From assembly GCA_964016885.1 (NCBI GenBank), contig OZ024742.1, positions 185,690,001 to 185,754,000 of the forward strand: a DNA stretch of 64,000 bases. Direction: 5' to 3'. The notes below the pieces were generated by a model. The model did no database searches. It saw nothing but the letters and a program-made list of their open reading frames with translations, and had not been told where the DNA came from. Shown here piece by piece: positions 59,201 to 64,000 of this stretch. The stretch is from Eledone cirrhosa. Taxonomy: Eukaryota. The stretch's first letter is position 1. Each line of letters opens with the position of its first letter. A program made the position numbers and the translations under genes.

Positions 59201-62200
59201 ACAGATATACTAGAACACATTACAGTACTGCTTACATATCTGGGTCACTGTTGCTGTTACATACACACAGATATACTAGAACACATTACAGTACTGCTTA
59301 CATATCTGGGACAGTGTTGCTGTTACATACACAGATATACTAGAACACATTACAGTACTGCTTACATATCTGGGACACTGTTGCTGTTACATACACAGAT
59401 ATACTAGAACACATTACAGTACTGCTTTTATATCTGGGACACTGTTGCTGTTACACACACAGATATACTACAACACATTACAGTACTGCTTTTATATCTG
59501 GGACACTGTTGCTGTTACATACACAGATATACTAGAACACATTACAGTAATGCTTTTATATCTGGGACACTGTTTCTGTTACACACACACAGATATACTA
59601 GAACACATTACAGTACTGCTTACATATCTGGGACAATGTTGCTGTTACATACACGCAGATATACTAGAACACATTACAGTACTGCTTTTATATCTGGGAC
59701 ACTGTTGCTGTTACATACACACAGATATACTAGAACACATTAGAGTACTGCTTTTACATCTGGGACACTGTTGCTGTTACATACACAGATATACTAGAAC
59801 ACATTACAGTACTGCTTACATATCTGGGACAGTGTTGCTGTTACATACACACAGATATACTAGAACACATTACAGTACTACTTTTATATCTGGGACAGTG
59901 TTGCTGTTACATACACAGATATACTAGAACAGATTACAGTACTGCTTACATATCTGAGACACTGTTGCTGTTACATACACACAGATATACTAGAACACAG
60001 TACAGTACTGCTTACATATCTGGGACAGTGTTGCTGTTACATACACAGATATACTAGAACACATTACAGTACTGCTTACATATCTGGGACAGTGTTGCTG
60101 TTACACACACACAGATATACTAGAACACATTACAGTACTGCTTACATATCTGGGACAGTGTTGCTGTTACATACACAGATATACTAGAACACATTACAGT
60201 ACTGCTTACATATCTGGGACACTGTTGCTGTTACATACACAGATATACTAGAACACATTACAGTACTGCTTTTATATCTGGGACACTGTTGCTGTTACAT
60301 ACACAGATATACTAGAACACATTACAGTAATGTTTACATATCTGGGACACTGTTGCTGTTACATACACAGATATACTAGAACACATTACAGTAATGTTTA
60401 CATATCTGGGACACTGTTGCTGTTACACACAGAGATATACTAGAAGACATTACAGTACTGCTTTTATATCTGGGACACTGTTGCTGTTAGACACACAGAT
60501 ATACTAGAACACATTACAGTACTGCTTTTATATCTGGGACACTGTTTCTGTTACACACACACAGATATACTAGAACACATTACAGTACTGCTTTTATATC
60601 TGGGACACTGTTGCTGTTACATACACACAGATATACTAGAACACGTTACAGTACTGCTTACATATCTGGGACACTGTTGCTGTTACACACACACAGATAT
60701 ACTAGAACACATTACAGTACTGCTTTTATATCTGGGACACTGTTGCTGTTACATACTCACAGATATACTAGAACGCATTACAGTACTGCTTACATATCTG
60801 GGACAGTGTTGCTGTTACACACACACAGATATACTAGAACACATTACAGTACTGCTTACATATCTGGGACAGTGTTGCTGTTACATACACAGATATACTA
60901 GAACACATTACAGTACTGCTTACATATCTGGGACACTGTTGCTGTTACATACACAGATATAATAGAACACATTACAGTACTGCTTTTATATCTGGGACAC
61001 TGTTGCTGTTACACACACAGATATACTACAACACATTACAGTACTGCTTTTATATCTGGGACACTGTTGCTGTTACATACAGAGATATACTAGAACACAT
61101 TACAGTACTGCTTATATATCTGGGACACTGTTGCTGTTACATACGCACAGATATGCTAGAACACATTACAGTACTGCTTTTATATCTGGGACACTGTTGC
61201 TGTTACATACACAGATATACTAGAACACATTACAGTAATGCTTTTATATCTGGGACACTGTTTCTGTTACACACACACACATATACTAGAACACATTACA
61301 GTACTGCTTACATATCTGGGACAATGTTGCTGTTACATACACGCAGATATACTAGAACACATTACAGTACTGCTTTTATATCTGGGACACTGTTGCTGTT
61401 ACATACACACAGATATACTAGAACACATTAGAGTACTGCTTTTACATCTGGGACACTGTTGCTGTTACATACACAGATATACTAGAACACATTACAGTAC
61501 TACTTTTATATCTGGGACAGTGTTGCTGTTACATACACAGATATACTAGAACACATTACAGTACTGCTTACATATCTGGGACAGTGTTGCTGTTACATAC
61601 ACACAGATATACTAGAACACATTACAGTACTACTTTTATATCTGGGACAGTGTTGCTGTTACATACACAGATATACTAGAACAGATTACAGTACTGCTTA
61701 CATATCTGAGACACTGTTGCTGTTACATACACACAGATATACTAGAACACATTACAGTACTGCTTACATATCTGGGACAGTGTTGCTGTTACATACACAG
61801 ATATACTAGAACACATTACAGTACTGCTTACATATCTGGGACAGTGTTGCTGTTACACACACACAGATATACTAGAACACATTACAGTACTGCTTACATA
61901 TCTGGGACAGTGTTGCTGTTACATACACAGATATACTAGAACACATTACAGTACTGCTTACATATCTGGGACACTGTTGCTGTTACATACACAGATATAC
62001 TAGAACACATTACAGTACTGCTTTTATATCTGGGACACTGTTGCTGTTACATACACACAGATATACTAGAACACATTACAGTACTGCTTACATATCTGGG
62101 ACAGTGTTGCTGTTACATACACAGATATACTAGAACACATTACAGTACTGCTTTTATATCTGGGACAATGTTGCTGTTACATACACACAGATATACTAGA

Positions 62201-64000
62201 ACACATTACAGTACTGCTTACATATCTGGGACACTGTTGCTGTTACACACACACTGATATACTAGAACACATTACAGTACTGCTTTTATATCTGGGACAC
62301 TGTTGCTGTTACATACACACAGATATACTAGAACACATTACAGTACTGCTTACATATCTGTGACACTGTTGTTGTTACATACACAGATATACTAGAACAC
62401 ATTACAGTAATGTTTACATATCTGGGACACTGTTGCTGTTACACACACAGATATACTAGAACACATTACAGTACTGCTTTTATATCTGGGACACTGTTGC
62501 TGTTAGACACACAGATATACTAGAACACATTACAGTACTGCTTTTATATCTGGGACACTGTTTCTGTTACACACACACAGATATACTAGAACACATTACA
62601 GTACTGCTTTTATATCTGGGACACTGTTGCTGTTACATACACACAGATATACTAGAACACGTTACAGTACTGCTTACATATCTGGGACACTGTTGCTGTT
62701 ACACACACACAGATATACTAGAACACATTACAGTACTGCTTTTATATCTGGGACACTGTTGCTGTTACATACACACAGATATACTAGAACACATTACAGT
62801 ACTGCTTACATATCTGGGACAGTGTTGCTGTTACACACACACAGATATACTAGAACACATTACAGTACTGCTTACATATCTGGGACAGTGTTGCTGTTAC
62901 ATACACAGATATACTAGAACACATTACAGTACTGCTTACATATCTGGGACACTGTTGCTGTTACATACACAGATATACTAGAACACATTACAGTACTGCT
63001 TTTATATCTGGGACACTGTTGCTGTTACACACACAGATATACTACAACACATTACAGTACTGCTTTTACATCTGGAACACTGTTGCTGTTACATACACAG
63101 ATATACTAGAACACATTACAGTACTGCTTATATATCTGGGACACTGTTGCTGTTACATACACACAGATATACTAGAACACATTACAGTACTGCTTTTATA
63201 TCTGGGACACTGTTGCTGTTACATACACAGATATACTAGAACACATTACAGTAATGCTTCTATATCTGGGACACTGTTTCTGTTACACACACACAGATAT
63301 ACTAGAACACATTACAGTACTGCTTACATATCTGGGACAATGTTGCTGTTACATACACGCAGATATACTAGAACACATTACAGTACTGCTTTTATATCTG
63401 GGACACTGTTGCTGTTACATACACACAGATATACTAGAACACATTAGAGTACTGCTTTTACATCTGGGACACTGTTGCTGTTACATACACAGATATACTA
63501 GAACACATTACAGTACTACTTTTATATCTGGGACAGTGTTGCTGTTACATACACAGATATACTAGAACACATTACAGTACTGCTTACATATCTGGGACAC
63601 TGTTGCTGTTACATACACACAGATATACTAGAACACATTACAGTACTACTTTTATATCTGGGACAGTGTTGCTGTTACATACACAGATATACTAGAACAG
63701 ATTACAGTACTGCTTACATATCTGAGACACTGTTGCTGTTACATACACACAGATATACTAGAACACATTACAGTACTGCTTACATATCTGGGACAGTGTT
63801 GCTGTTACATACACAGATATACTAGAACACATTACAGTACTGCTTACATATCTGGGACAGTGTTGCTGTTACACACACACAGATATACTAGAACACATTA
63901 CAGTACTGCTTACATATCTGGGACAGTGTTGCTGTTACATACACAGATATACTAGAACACATTACAGTACTGCTTACATATCTGGGACACTGTTGCTGTT
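23245..64000. repeat. Large tandem satellite, 64/66-bp monomer, roughly 630 copies (length divided by unit), running off the window end
   Basis: Consensus acacattacagtactgct(ttt|tac)atatctgggaca(c|g)tgttgctgttaca(t|c)acac(ac)agatatactaga. I saw no interruption. Confidence 0.99.

Noticed and set aside
23222-64000. Many His/Cys-rich ORFs (HTHRYTRTHYSTAFISG, GHCCCYIH)
   Set aside because: They arise from runs of 66-bp monomers and are broken by 64-bp monomers. They are not zinc fingers.
23320-64000. CRISPR-like periodicity with palindromic repeats
   Set aside because: There are no unique spacers and no cas genes, and the context is eukaryotic.

Overview
This is eukaryotic, AT-rich, repeat-dense genomic DNA. 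The SINE and microsatellite landscape suggests an octopus or other mollusc, but that is inference. Bases 1-3.6 kb are simple repeats and two minisatellites. Bases 3.6-17 kb are a transposon graveyard: fragments of an R4/Dong-like RLE non-LTR element, Penelope-like RT and GIY-YIG fragments, a deleted Merlin (IS1595-like) DNA transposon with TIRs and an 8-bp TSD, a MITE, and two tRNA-derived SINE families. Several type I hammerhead-ribozyme motifs lie next to the retroelement remnants. Bases 17.4-20.2 kb hold three clean coding exons of an SDR9C-type (RDH/HSD17B6-like) short-chain dehydrogenase. I could not find its last exon before a >40 kb, very homogeneous 64/66-bp satellite (23.3 kb to the window end), which has hairpin-forming monomers and patchwork higher-order repeats. 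I see no clearly new multi-gene system. The best leads are the hammerhead cluster and the apparently intronic giant satellite.
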